64,000 bases of DNA from Guillardia theta CCMP2712 (Eukaryota > Protista > Cryptophyta): NCBI RefSeq assembly GCF_000315625.1, contig NW_005434671.1, positions 62,001-126,000 on the forward strand, written 5' to 3'. The translations under genes and the position numbers were made by a program. Position 1 is the first letter of the stretch, and each line of letters starts with the position of its first letter. The notes under the pieces were generated by a model. It was not told the DNA's origin. It did no database searches and saw only the letters and a program-made list of their open reading frames with translations. This document shows, one piece after another, positions 1-12,224 of the stretch.

Positions 1-175
1 AGTTTTGTGTGCCTTGAGGGTTCAAGGTGAATCCATCAAAGACTACATAGCAGAAGTGCATATCAATCAAGTGTGTCATTATGCCTTATATTCGTCATTT
101 ACATTACATTGTGATTTGCTTTCAGAACACCAACCTACAATACAACAGAACCTCAGCTCTTCTCTCGCCCAGTAC

Positions 176-830
176 TCAACGATTCCATCCGGCTTGACAA
201 GGAAGCTTCTTGCCGTCGATGCTGCCGCCTTCAAGTTCCCGGCAGGCCTCGATGTAGGCTATCGACCTCGAGAGACACAAGAGGCGCTTCTTTCCCTCCT
301 CAGAGAAGGTGACGAAGGAGCATGGCTGGATGTCGAAGAAGATGTCCGGACGGTTTGGGTCTCGCAGTGGTTTGCTGTACATTGGAACCGAGCAGATGAC
401 ACGAGTGCTTGACGTCAAGATGAAGTGAATAAGTTGTTGGACTGGAAGAGTCTTGCGACTTTTTGTTCTCTGTTTCGCAGAAGCAACGTAGGCCGAAGTT
501 GTCGAGTTGCTCTTGCGCTCGTGCCTTCTTTTTCACGCCACAGTCGATAGTTGCTTCCGTTGTAAGCGTGGAAGGTCAATCAGTCTTCAGCCTTCTGTTT
601 CCAGCTATGTTCTCAAACCCTATTTCCTTACTTCGTGGATTTACCTGCAACTGTGTTGCATTGACAAAGCTCCAGCGAACGAGCAATTGTTGTTGTGTTG
701 TTGTGTTGCTAACTTCTTCCTGTTCTGTTTGTTTCCGATCTTCTTGTCCCACAGACACCCTCAGCCCTTTGAGACTGTTCCTCTCCTCCTCCTTCTCCTG
801 TGCTTGACAGCCCCCGTGGCGTCGTCTAGG
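176..830 (-). CDS. Spliced hypothetical protein with an RRM-like C-terminal half (boundaries uncertain)
   Basis: Chained minus ORFs 576-758, 300-536 and 176-418. CSFVTF...IEACRELEGGSIDGKKL resembles RNP1 plus the last helix and strand of an RRM. Confidence 0.35.
203..362. repeat. Left arm of a 160-bp inverted duplication (partner 1826-1985)
   Basis: The reverse complement matches 1826-1985. Both ORF translations share DPNRPDIFFDIQPCSFVTF...GSIDGKKL. Confidence 0.95.
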
Positions 831-1623
831 TCTTGGCTTGACTGGAGGATATGCTTCGTCTGCTGCAACCTTGATAGTGATGCCAAGGAGGCAGAAATCT
901 TCCTTAAAACATTTTTCAAAAGTATTTATGCTAGAAAGATGCCTTTTCGACTCATTGTTCCTTTTACTACAGACTGGGGGGCAAAAAGGAGGCTGGCCGC
1001 CTTACACATTTTTGGAAGATACGACGAATTCATTCCCCGAGTTTCAAATTCGAACCCCCAGCTTTTGAGATCTTGTGGCTGTCACACCCCGCCCCTCCTC
1101 CACTTCTCCCCTTTGAAAGAGGGGGTGGGTCCCATATTTCAAGGATACATGACAGAATTGCAGAGACTCTTCATGTAAACCCAAGAAGTCAGGGGACGAC
1201 CAGTGCTTCGAAAAAGTCTCTCTTGGACCCAGGGGCCGCCCGTATCGTGACCTGGCGCGTGATATTGGGTGGGATAGTATGACAGTTTGCCCGGGGCGGA
1301 CCGGGTTTATTATTATACTCTCCTTCTAATGACATTATTACTACTAGTACTCTCCCAGAGTCACTCGGCGATGTACTGGCAGTCAACCTGTCACAAGGTT
1401 GACACGGCCCGGTCGCGGCGGTCGCCGGGGCCCGGGCCACCGTCTTCTCGATAAAATCATCGAAAAGGATAGTTATCGTATCTCACACAGGAGGGAACAG
1501 GATTCTTTTCAGGACTTTCCCCGCTCCCTCCCAAAAAAAGAGCATCCCCCTACTCGCAATCCCTGCTTCCCACACTTGCGGCTCATTCCTTCTTCCCTCA
1601 CTTGTCATCAGGCCCAATATAAT

Positions 1624-1717
1624 TGCCTCCTGCCTTCTGCCTCCTGCCTCCTGTCACTCCTGCCTCCTGCCTCCTGCCTCCTGCCTCCTGCCTCCTGCCT
1701 CCTGCCTCCTGCCTCCT
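1624..1717 (+). repeat. 7-bp microsatellite (TGCCTCC)n, about 13 copies
   Basis: Direct tandem repeat seen in the sequence. Confidence 0.95.
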
Positions 1718-1790
1718 ATACCTCGTGATCCTCCTGTCGTTCCCTCCAACACAAGATCCCCTCGTGTAGATTCTGTGCAGCACCTGGAAG

Positions 1791-2012
1791 ATGCGAAAAT
1801 ACTCCGCTGATGGTAAGCCAATACTAGACCCAAACCGTCCGGACATCTTCTTCGACATCCAGCCATGCTCCTTCGTCACCTTCTCTGAGGAGGGAAAGAA
1901 GCGCCTCTTGTGTCTCTCGAGGTCGATAGCCTACATCGAGGCCTGCCGGGAACTTGAAGGCGGCAGCATCGACGGCAAGAAGCTTTCATGCCAGAGTGCC
2001 TTGCGTACATGA
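1791..2012 (+). CDS. Last exon or fragment of a paralogue of the gene at 176-830 (RRM-like half)
   Basis: Contains the duplicated 160 bp in an open frame, and its flanks differ from the other copy. Confidence 0.35.
   Translation: MRKYSADGKPILDPNRPDIFFDIQPCSFVTFSEEGKKRLLCLSRSIAYIEACRELEGGSIDGKKLSCQSALRT
1826..1985. repeat. Right arm of the 160-bp inverted duplication (partner 203-362)
   Basis: Reverse-complement match to 203-362. Confidence 0.95.
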
Positions 2013-2120
2013 TGAATTTTGGCTTGTAATCTTGTGCAAACCCTTGTATATAATCTTTGCTTGCTGTATTTTCATGTAACAAAAATCATTTCCAATGCGC
2101 TCAGAAGCATCGTTTCTGAC

Positions 2121-3451
2121 TCAGTCGAACATTCTCAATAGAATCTTCGCGGATCCCACAACCTGCGAGGACGTATGCCTTCGCAACGCTCCTCGTACAA
2201 GTTCTAAAGCTCCACAATCGATTATCCTCGAGCGATTATCGGCACATCCTCTTGCCAGACTCCACAAGCCTCCACATCCGTGTGCTTGGATTCCGGCCTT
2301 CAACGGATGATTCTTCATCGCAACAACAATGCTTTCTATTCCATTCTCATTTGCAATCTTTCCCTGAATGACTTCGTTTTCAAAGGCGAGATATCCAAGT
2401 GCCCCACAGCACTGTTCTTGAATTGCAGCACAGCCAGGGAATTGGTTCATGGCCTTAATTATGATATCGATCCCTCCCAGTTTCAATATTTCATCTTGGT
2501 TCTGATTGTTGAAAGCTGACAAAAACCATAATGCTCCACATGCCTGCTCCAAAATAAATTCGTTTGAACTGAAGTTCTGCATGGATGTTATCAAAACACA
2601 TATTCCATCTTGCTCAGAAATCATTGTTTTCATGGAAGAGTTCAAAGAGAAAATTCTCAGTGCTGCACAACCTTGTTCCTGCACCTTGACAGAGCCTTCA
2701 TGCATCCTCATCCCATCAAGAACTGTCTGGACACACTCCGGGTACCTTGATATCATTGTTCGATGATGACAACTGGCAGCAAGCCATCCCAACACGCAAT
2801 ATGCATTTGTTTGTACAACTCCAGAGCACACATTCTCACTCATGACCCTCAGGAAGTTTTGGAAGGATTTCTCTGACAAAGGCCTTGATATGCAAGTGCG
2901 ATCAACCTCAAGTCCTGTTGGACCACGCCATCCACCTTCAGCAGCGATTGATAGATTGAACAGGAAAGGGGAAATCTGCTTGGATTTGGTAATTGTTATG
3001 TGAAGCTTGGCTCCGCTAAATCTTGTGAAGTCCACCTTTTGAAGGTACGAATCTGAGATTTTCTTTGACAATTTGATGTTAAGCTGCACTGAAGAATGTT
3101 TTGAGGTCAGAACAACTTTCATATTTGATCTTATTGATTTTGAAATCTGCCCAAACGCTGTGACTTTCGATGAAATTCTCTGATAGTGGATTACCTGCAT
3201 TGCCATCAATATTTTTCCAGTAGGCCAGATCAATTCAAGCAATCCGGGAATTGCCAACACTTTTTCACATATCGATAACTCATTGCTTGTCTTGGTCTGC
3301 ACATTTGAATTCTTTCCTGACGCAAGGAAGTCAAAGAATGATCGCAAACACTAGGCATTTTCTTCATACCTTGTTTTTTTGTGTTCTGCTCGCCTCGTGA
3401 GCACTTGAATGTCTTAAGTTCAGGCGAGCCGAAGCTGTTTGGCTTTTTCAA
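2121..3451 (-). CDS. Armadillo-repeat protein, possibly with an F-box-like segment; upstream exons may extend to about 4224
   Basis: Repeats VQEQGCAALRIFS, ILEQACGALWFLS, IQEQCCGALGYLA and IQAHGCGGLWSLA at about 43-aa spacing. VLAIPGLLELIW resembles an F-box start. Confidence 0.85.
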
Positions 3452-4328
3452 ACATGTATCAGAATTCCTCGAGACGATTTTTGCTTTCTTCTGAAAATGA
3501 TTGATCAGTTATCGTGAACGTTTTCGGCCACAAAGAATACCTTTGTGATATGGTTTGGGGAATCGTTTTGCACATTTGTAATTGACTTGGAACACAGTCG
3601 TTTGTTTGTTGACTTGAGTCCGAAGGTCTACAATCATGCATAATCACATGGACGTAGGTGGATATGTCAACTCCGAAGACATGTTGCTTACCTCCTGTTG
3701 ATCTTGATTTTCATCGTTCTCAAGTCTTTCTTCCGTCGTCGATTGACATTTTGAAACCCTCTTCTTCTGAGTCTTTGATCTAGTGCATTGATACACTGGC
3801 GATCTCATCTGACAAATCATCAGTTTTGAATGACAGAAAACGATTTCGACTGCGAAAAACAATCACCCCTTCTGCTAGTCTGTTCTTGAAGCTATCATTA
3901 TTATTCCGCCACTAGCCCTCGGACTGATACATGCTGTACTCCTGTCATCTTTCTACAAACTAAATCACGAATACAACGAGCTTGTAGCTGCTCATCACGT
4001 GAAGGTGCGGCGGGCGGGAGCGCGCGTGATCGCGGCATACATGTATACATCAAGTTCCCGCCTTTCTTGAGTTTGCCTGCTGTCAATGTTTTTTTCCCTG
4101 ATGGGTTTGCAGAACCCAACCGAGCGCGCCTCAGAGTAATGAGCGAGCGGGCGCAATGCTTGAGCGACAGGTCTACTGGGTGGCGATGAACAAGACGATG
4201 AGAGGAGAAGAGACGGGTTGACATAGTTGTGAGTCTTGAACATGTTACGATCGATTTGATCGCTTTGAGTTCGTGCCGCAAGCAGCATACGAGCAGCGCA
4301 GATGTTGCCATTATTGGAGCGGTCAAGA

Positions 4329-6916
4329 ATGATGTGCAACCCAGCTTACAAACACCGGAATACTTTTGTTGCGTTTGTGCAGTTCTTCCTTGTTTGCTGC
4401 TGTTTTCTACCGCAATGCAATTCGTTTACAAATCCCTCTGTTTGGCTAACGAGATCAGCCATCGAAACTTCTCGCTCGATCACTTCATACTACTGTAAAC
4501 CGCGACATCTTTACGCGAGACCGAGACAGAGACAAACCACCTCATGCAGGCTGGTCAGCGAAAGCGAAGATCATATGATCGGAGAGCAATCTGAAGAGCG
4601 CAAACTCATATGGAGGCAAATAGCAAAGGGCTGGAAGGACACTGGAGACCAGTCAAACTCAAAAGGAGTCAGAGTTATGATCTCCCTGCTTCCGAGAATT
4701 GCCATGCTGCCTAAACTCCAACAGAGTCAGCTATACATGCTCGTGTTCGAGAAATTGAACATGTACGCAAGAAGTAGGCATTACTCTGAGGCAGCACATA
4801 GCCTTTCTCTTTGTGTCTTCTTCCATTTGACTGAAAGCAATCATCAAACGCCAAACCAATGCACAGTCTGGATGGTCCATTGCCTTTTCTCTCCTGCAAT
4901 TTCTCAGTCATTCTCTTCGAAGGCAGTCTCAGAACTTTTCTCCGATTTGTGAGCCAGAAAACTTGAAGATTGTTCTCGTGACTTACTGTCAGGATGAGAA
5001 GAACATTAAGAAAGAGTGAGACAAGGATACAGGAAGAGAAGATGAGAATGATTCACGATATGATACACTCAGGTCTTCTAAAGTCAATAGAACCATATCT
5101 GTTCGCTTGAGCTTGTCTTCCAGATGATCAGTTCTTGAGTGCACTAAAATACCTTCACTTACTGCGAGCCTCGAGTGAGTTTTGATATTTCTCGCGAAGA
5201 AGTAAGATGTTGGAATCAGATATCAAGCATGATGTTAAGACTTTCAATGCTATCAGCTCAAGCATCTTGGAAGCTTTCAAGCAATCTTCTCCTGCCGACC
5301 CCCTTACAGTCGCTTCCCAAATCTTTCTGGTCTACAGCTACATGACAGCAGCTGAACAACAGGTAAATGAACTTGTGAATTCATTCCTGGTGTTGCACAT
5401 TTCAAACTTGTTTTTCAGCCAGACGATGTGACATGGCACCACCTTCTTGTGGCATGCAGGTAAAACTAGTGGAAGTGACTGGCAGCTTTAATGACTCTGT
5501 CTACAGATTGATGGGTGGTGAAAACTTGTCCGCAACGGAGACTATCAAATACTTCTTGAAACAATATCGAAAACAAGGTTCGATGATAGAAGTTGTATGT
5601 TTATTCAGGGGGTCATGGTTCTTTTCGATCACAGGAATTAGAGATAGAGCTCGTTGTGTACAATCTTTCGACATCACATCATTCAAGTCATTGTATGAAG
5701 CTCTCAGTCCAAGCAAGGAACAAGTCAAAAGACAGGCTCGTCCTCGCATCATCTGTTTGCATACCCTTACTGGACATTGCAGGGCAAACTTTACGATTAC
5801 ATCAAGAAATTTGTCAGGAAAGTTTACGGCACTTCGGCGTTTTGTGCTCCTTTCGGATCTTCGGTCAATGGGCTGGTCAGCTGCTGCTTTTGGGTGCATT
5901 TTCTCTCAACCCTTGTCACCATCAGGCAACGTCAGGAAGTGACGTTGACCTTCTACTCTGGTTCCGTCAGACTCCCGAAAGAAGAGAAGAAGCCGTCAAG
6001 AACTTTCGAAAACTTTTCTTCTCTCTCAAGAAAAGGTTTATCTAAGTTTTTTGTGGCCAGGGATTGAGCGATGCTGATAGCCCAGGCATCCAAGCGCAGC
6101 CACTTTTCCATGCTCGTACTCCCATCATCAAGCTCAACACCTCGGATGGTGTGCAGGCAGACATTGCCCTTCAGGTTCCAGCCATTGCCATGTCTATCAG
6201 GTCAAGCGATTAGCTCGGCTTCTTCTGACTGCCATCCCTCCTGGTAGTTGACAGAGGATTTGAGCCCTGTCGAAGATGCCGTTCTGCTCATCAAGCGAAG
6301 CTGCCAGATCGACAAGCGGTTTCGTCCTCTTGCTCTGCTGATTAAGGCAAGACTGCAGCTCACAAAGAAAGACGAGTGACCCGTGATCGTCTTGTAGACT
6401 TGGGCCAAGCAGAGGAGAATCAACGACGCGTCCAAAGGAACGCTTTCTTCCCATGGATACATCGCGCTTCTCTTGCAGCTCTGCCAGCAGTCAGAGCCGA
6501 GCATCCTTCCTCGCACCGGTGATTGAGGAAAGTCTGTGAGACACAGTGACCAGACAGGCAGAGAAAATCCTCGACGAAAATTTCTTCTGGGTTTCCAAGA
6601 ACAAATCCTCTCTGTTGCAGCTTTTCCTCCTCTTTTTGTCAGACATTTCATCCTCCATGCATCGACCCCCCCTCAACGCAAATCCTGGTGTCCTCCTACT
6701 CGCGCAAGATCCGCTTGACCCTTCCAACAACATAGCCAAGACAATCAACCCACATGGATTGAAGAGAATGCAGTTCGAGGTGATTCATCCCCTACTTTGC
6801 CACTGTTCCTCTTCATATCACTGAACTTTCTACCGAAGGTTGACCGGGCAGTGGAGCTTCTTCGTTACGACGCCATTGATATTCTTCTCTTTGAGAATCG
6901 AATCTCAAAATTTTAG
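4329..6916 (+). CDS. Non-canonical poly(A) polymerase / terminal nucleotidyltransferase (Cid1/Trf4 family) with N-terminal PPR-like motifs and a bipartite leader
   Basis: Catalytic-domain motifs PFGSSVNGL..GSDVD, HARTPIIK, ADIAL, TWAKQRRINDASKGTLSSHGY and AQDPLDPSNNIA. PPR-like IKHDVKTFNAI and PDDVTWHHLLVAC. Hydrophobic N-terminus ending CNS-F. Joining the 5' exons to the catalytic exons is inferred. Confidence 0.75.
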
Positions 6917-6994
6917 CAACGCGAACTCCCCAAAAACGAGTTTCCATAGTGACAGCAGCTAAAATTCTCTCTCTGGTGTGATTTCTAGGATGAT

Positions 6995-9081
6995 TCAGGG
7001 CCCTGATTCGTTCTCTGCCCTGATGTTAAGCGTTGATAGCCAAGTGGATAGGAAAGAGACGTCAGCTTCCCACACCTCTCGAGACTTCTCCTCCTCCTCG
7101 TCCCACTCTTCAACTAGATGCATCAGCGCTCCTGGATATATGATGAGCACTCAACTATTGTTGCCACTGCAGGGGCAGACTGAGAATATCGGGAGTTTTC
7201 GGTGCAGGAGCAAACTGGGAGAAAGTGCAGGGAGGAAGAGGAGGAGGAGGAGGAGCAGGAGAAGGAGGAGGAGGAGGAGGAGGAGGAGGAGGAGGAGGAA
7301 AACTTCACCGAAGTAGTGATGGCCAAGAAGGCTTGCAAGGTAAAGCATGCACATGTTGAGACCCGCGAGACCCGTCGAGGGATGAGAAGGAGACGAGGGA
7401 TGGAACTCAAGGACATGCAGCCCAGGTCTGGCACTCAGCATGTTGACCATGCCAGCTCCTGCTCGCTGCTATCACTGCCATGAGACAACGGGAAGCAGCG
7501 AACCGTGCGGGCCCACAATGGCAGAGGCACAGGAGAGGATTGAGAGGAGAACGACGGGATGCAGCCCAGCGTCTGAATCGAAGACGAAGAGCTGAAAGCC
7601 TCGAGCCTCTACCGCTGAAAGAATCGTTTCTTCCGATCGCCTGCGAGGCTTTGCTGTGAGCGAGAGCGGAAGAAACGACAAGAGGAGGTGAGAGTGGTTG
7701 GTGTGAAAGGTGAGGCAAGATGGCAATGGAGAGACCTTGATAGTCGCCGCGTTCTCCCGCTCCTCCGCACCAACACAACCAGCGGAGTTTGAGGATGAAG
7801 ACAGGAAGTGAGATTGTTATCCTTGTGACAGACATCTAGACAAGTCTGCAGAGACTCTCCACCCATCTCCAGATCCACATGGTCAAATGACATTGACCGG
7901 AACCTTCGGAAGAATTCGTCTGTAGCATAGGAAAGGAACGAAGAAAGTAAGTGCGAGCGAGCAAGACGAACGTATGAAAGGAGCAAAGGAGGGAGGGAGG
8001 GAGGGAGGGAGGGAAGGAAGGCAGGAGGGAGGGAGGGGGGGAAGGGAGGGAAGGAAAGGTCCTTCACCTCTCAAGGAGAGCACGAGAGGAGGAGACGCTA
8101 TTGCACATCGAGTCGGAGACACGAAGTAAGTCTGCGAGTGTACTCGGAGGGGGCCAGAGCAGAGTCGATGAGGAAGAACGCCGAAAGCTACAGCAAGGCG
8201 TCACTGGAGCAGTAGGGCAGGTCAACACCTGATAGATACTCCTCGACCATCGACCTCTCGGCACTGTGAGGAGTGTCGGACGACAGGGGGACATGCAGGA
8301 GGAGGTCAGAATCTCCCAGCAGCTCTCGTGCTATCATGATCTTGGGCAGGCATTCAGCCACGAAGTGAAAGATGGTGTGTCCCCATGGCTGGCAAGGAAT
8401 CCGTCAGGCGGGAGAGCAAGAGGGAGCGACTGACTTGAGACAGCACGAGCACGCGAGCATGCCAGGTCAGACCCTCCCAACGCTCCTCGTCCACCAGGTC
8501 GCCGATCAGATCAGGTTCCCTTAGACGATGGCAAACTCCATGCTCTTCTGGACTCAACACGACGCGCCCTTGCGACGCTATGCTGCCATGGCGCGTGACG
8601 ACAGCATACCCCTTGAGCACCCAGAGGGACGGCTCCTGCCAGCTCTTCAGCCTTCCTTCCAGCATGTCAGCGCTGTTGTCTCACCTGCGTTGGAACATGC
8701 GGGAGGAGGGAGGAAGAGTTCGGGCAGGCAGAACCGAGCTCCTCGTACCACCAGAGCTCTGCTTCCTGGCGAGGAAGACGTAGGAGCTCGCAGAGACCTT
8801 CCTGCAAGCACAGTGACGTGTCGTGCTATCAGGAGAGACACGCTCACATGCAGATGTACCCTCGAGGGAGAGGAGGAGGAGGAAAAGGAAGGAAGGTTGA
8901 GGGTTGAGATGCACGAGACATCGATGCTCGTCCCTTCTACCCTCCGTTGTATCTTCGCAGCGAAGCTGGCATGGCTCCAGTTCCTCTCGTAGTGAGATGG
9001 TAGGTTGGCCTCTTGCGCCTTCACTGCCGCCGCTAGCAAGAGACACAACAAGTTCGCTAGCCCACACGACCTCTGCGACAT
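6995..9081 (-). CDS. Glycosyltransferase family 61 (DUF563-type) with signal peptide
   Basis: PWGHTIFHFVAECLPK, IVGPHGAGMVNMLSARPGLHVLEF and NMCMLYLASLLG after splicing; N-terminal LLCLLLAAAVKA. Confidence 0.8.
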
Positions 9082-9543
9082 GCAGGCATGCTCTAGGTAC
9101 AGAGAGGAGCGAGGAGAGGAGGGAGAGGTGCGAGGACCGGGAGAGGGCAGCTGGCAGACATGGAGAAGGATGCGGCAGCGGGCGGGAAAGTAGAGGCGTA
9201 GGAGCGGGCGGGGAGCTGCTGAGAGGGGCGGTGCGGGCAGGGAGGGAGGAGGCGCAAGGGAAATCAAAAAGCTTCAGATGTACGAACAAGGAGGAGCAAG
9301 GTGACGGGTAGAGGAAGCGATCGAGACAACATTAAGGAAAGTGCAGGCAGAAGTTGATCCAGGATAGACAAGGATAGGGATGTGTGCGTGATGACGCCGC
9401 TGGAGAGAGCAGTGCAGGGTAGCGATGGTTATGATGATACGACGACGACTACACCCATGTCGACGATGAACGTGGAGGAGGAGGAGGGGGGGGAGGAGGA
9501 TTTATCACTTGAAATATTACAAACAAGCATCAGCGCATGGCGA

Positions 9544-10454
9544 CTAGTTCGCCACCATGGGAAGGCCAAACTCGTCAACCTGCTCGTTAGAGGATATCGG
9601 CCTTGCTGGCTGCGGAGCCTCCGGCGCTGCGACTTCATCCTGAAGGTACGCGGGAGTTTCCGACTCGCCGAGCTGCTCAGAGTCAGATGAGGGAGGAGAC
9701 AACAAGACGAGCAGCTCACCTCATCGTCCAGCGCCAGCTGCTCGTCAATGGCCGCGAGCTCGTCGTCGAGATCGGCCTCGTCGATGTCGTCCGATACTCC
9801 GTAGCTTCTCGCCATCGCCTGAGGGGGGCACATGAGCACAGCAGGAGACGAGGAGGAGGAGGAGGAGGAGGAGGAGGAGGAGGAGGCAGACCTCTTGGAT
9901 CTCGTTGGTCATGTCGAGAAGGTCCGCCATGTCGTCCAGGTTGTCTTCAATGTCGTCGATGGACACATTCTTCATCTCGGCCTTGAGAGCTGCTGTGCCG
10001 CCTTTCATAGCCTGAGATGTGTTGATGGCTGTCTTGACTGCAAAGATCTCAGCGCTTGCAAGACCAGGCCATACACCTCACTGTTCTCATGCGCAAACGA
10101 AGCTTGTTCCATGTTCCATGCCATGCCTTCTAGCTGCGTGACGCAAGGGGAAGAAACAAGGCAACCGATCAGACATGCTCGGCACACAACAAGTCACGAT
10201 GTGTCTACCTGATCTCTTTGTTGCTCGATCATCCGTTTTTGCTTCAATATCTGCAGCGCTCTCTGTTTTATCCGATTTTGTGCAGGGCCAGGTCGAGTTG
10301 CTTTGATTTGAGTCTTGAGCGTTAGAAGCTGTTTGTCCAAACCTCTGATCTTTTCTTCCAGCACTCCAGTCCGCTTGTTCACTGTATCCGTCGCATCTGT
10401 CAAGCTCGGAGGAGGGGGACCAGGCTCCTTCTTTCCACCAAATAATCTTCGCAT
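9544..10454 (-). CDS. CHMP5: ESCRT-III subunit CHMP5/Vps60 (Snf7 family)
   Basis: MRRLFGGKKE...KQRALQILKQKRMIEQQRDQL, NMEQASFA, IDDIEDNLDDMADLL, DIDEADLDDEL and VDEFGLP; four GT-AG introns resolved. Confidence 0.93.
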
Positions 10455-10830
10455 TCTGAATGGTTCAACAAAGAGTCAGAGCGCACACCGCATCGTGGTC
10501 CTACTATTTGATGCTCTGAACCAGAGTCCTCATGGGATAAAGCAACACAAAGATAGAATCAATTCAATCAAATACTGTTCAAATGTGACTCAAGCATCTG
10601 GCTCTTGTCCCTTTTCAATAGAGTGAACAAGTTTTAGCGATGTTCGGCTATGAAAGCTCTACAAACTAATGCTCTCTCTATGACCAGCCGTAACTCTTTT
10701 GTGAAATGTCATACATATCACCAAAGAGATGCGCGCATACATCATTTGTCACCATTCAATGATTCTCTACCCTCCCTCTCCCTCGTTTCCCTTCCCTGCT
10801 CCCACCAACATGGCAGAAAACTACAGCTTG

Positions 10831-10971
10831 TCTATAGTCAAACAAGAACAGACTATAGTCAATATTCTTCCGAAGCCGACCCTATAGTCAATAATCATGA
10901 GCTTGTAAATGCTTCTAGTCAATATTGAAGTCCGTATAGTCAACACTACAGTAGTCAAGTGTTGTAGTCAA
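10831..10971 (+). promoter_or_regulatory. Cluster of seven TAGTCAA motifs just upstream of an ATG
   Basis: Copies start at 10835, 10856, 10885, 10916, 10937, 10952 and 10965. A regulatory role is inferred from position. Confidence 0.5.
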
Positions 10972-10995
10972 AGGGTCCGCCGGGCTCGCCCCGCC

Positions 10996-12081
10996 ATGCA
11001 GTCTGGGAGTACGAGTGACGGGCGGGAGGGCCGCGCGTGCAGGAGGGAGGAGGGAGAGGATAGCGACGTGAGGATGGACAATGACAATAGTAGAACGCCT
11101 CCTCCACACGTTGACCACATGGAGCCCTTGGATGATGTCCTACCAATCTATCACTCCATGGTCCGCTCGTTGAACAAGGAGCCTACCCTTACCCGAAAGG
11201 TGAAGATCTACGCCAAGACTTTGCTCACATTTCTCGCGCTTGTGCTCTTCTGGTATGCAATCTATGAGATCCTGGGATACATGGTTGTTGGCAATGTTAC
11301 AGCCTTTGTTGCAAAGATATCAACCCAAACCAATCACACGATTAGCCAAGGGAACCAGACCTCAGTTGATACCCAAACCGCCAAGCATCTTGAAGGATGG
11401 ATCACACTGGCAGTGGGTCAAAGTTACTTCTGGTTTGCAGTCTTTCTCCTCGTTGCCAGCCAGGAAATAAGGTTCTGCTCCCTCTCGAGGCCAGTCGATG
11501 ATAAGGCGGACTTGGGTGAGGGGGCGAATGAGGGTCTTGAGGGAGAGGCAGAGCAGGCGGCCGGGGCAGTGGAAGGAGAGGAGAGATGCTTTTCGACGGC
11601 CAAGAAAGGTTGGCAGACACCAGCGTCATACATCCTCAGATGGAACTGGAACTGCATGCTGGGGGTCATGGCATGGATGGGGTTGGACTTCACGTGCGAT
11701 TCTGTCCATATCATCATTCAGAGCCTCAACGGATTCTTTCCGAGGTTAGCGATCAATCTCGCGTTTCTCCTCGTGGCCAACATTATCTTCATTTCGTTGA
11801 ACCAGATCAACGGGACGGTGAGATCGCGAGGAGGGGGTCTGTACAAGAAGGCGAGGAAGGGAAAGCACTATTTCCGGCTGAACGGGGCCCGCGATTCAAA
11901 GCGCGGAGGCTATGCACATGCTTCAGATAAGGCAGCTGAGAAGCTTCTGAAACATCCGGCACGGCGTCAAGATTTCTTTCAAAAGTTGCCAGGAAGAACT
12001 GGACCCTTGATGCCTCCCTTTCACAGGTTTCACCCCGCAACCTCATCGAAGCAGAGTGCTTCAGGTGAAGAAATCGTTTAG
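10996..12081 (+). CDS. Hypothetical multi-pass membrane protein (about 4 hydrophobic segments)
   Basis: Long open frame with hydrophobic helices; no family recognised. Confidence 0.7.
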   Translation: MQSGSTSDGREGRACRREEGEDSDVRMDNDNSRTPPPHVDHMEPLDDVLPIYHSMVRSLNKEPTLTRKVKIYAKTLLTFLALVLFWYAIYEILGYMVVGNVTAFVAKISTQTNHTISQGNQTSVDTQTAKHLEGWITLAVGQSYFWFAVFLLVASQEIRFCSLSRPVDDKADLGEGANEGLEGEAEQAAGAVEGEERCFSTAKKGWQTPASYILRWNWNCMLGVMAWMGLDFTCDSVHIIIQSLNGFFPRLAINLAFLLVANIIFISLNQINGTVRSRGGGLYKKARKGKHYFRLNGARDSKRGGYAHASDKAAEKLLKHPARRQDFFQKLPGRTGPLMPPFHRFHPATSSKQSASGEEIV

Positions 12082-12224
12082 AAACGCACAAGGCTTGATA
12101 ACTGGAGCTTTTGCGCGATGTTCATAATGTAAATAGCTAATTTCAAAGAAGCATACGAATGTGATACCGTTTGAATGAAGTTTTATTCTCCTAGGACATC
12201 TATACGGTTGATACATCGACGCCA

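Noticed and set aside
7123-7483. Poly-Ser, poly-Leu, poly-Glu and poly-Arg ORFs
   Set aside because: They derive from an intronic (GAG)n tract in the GT61 gene.
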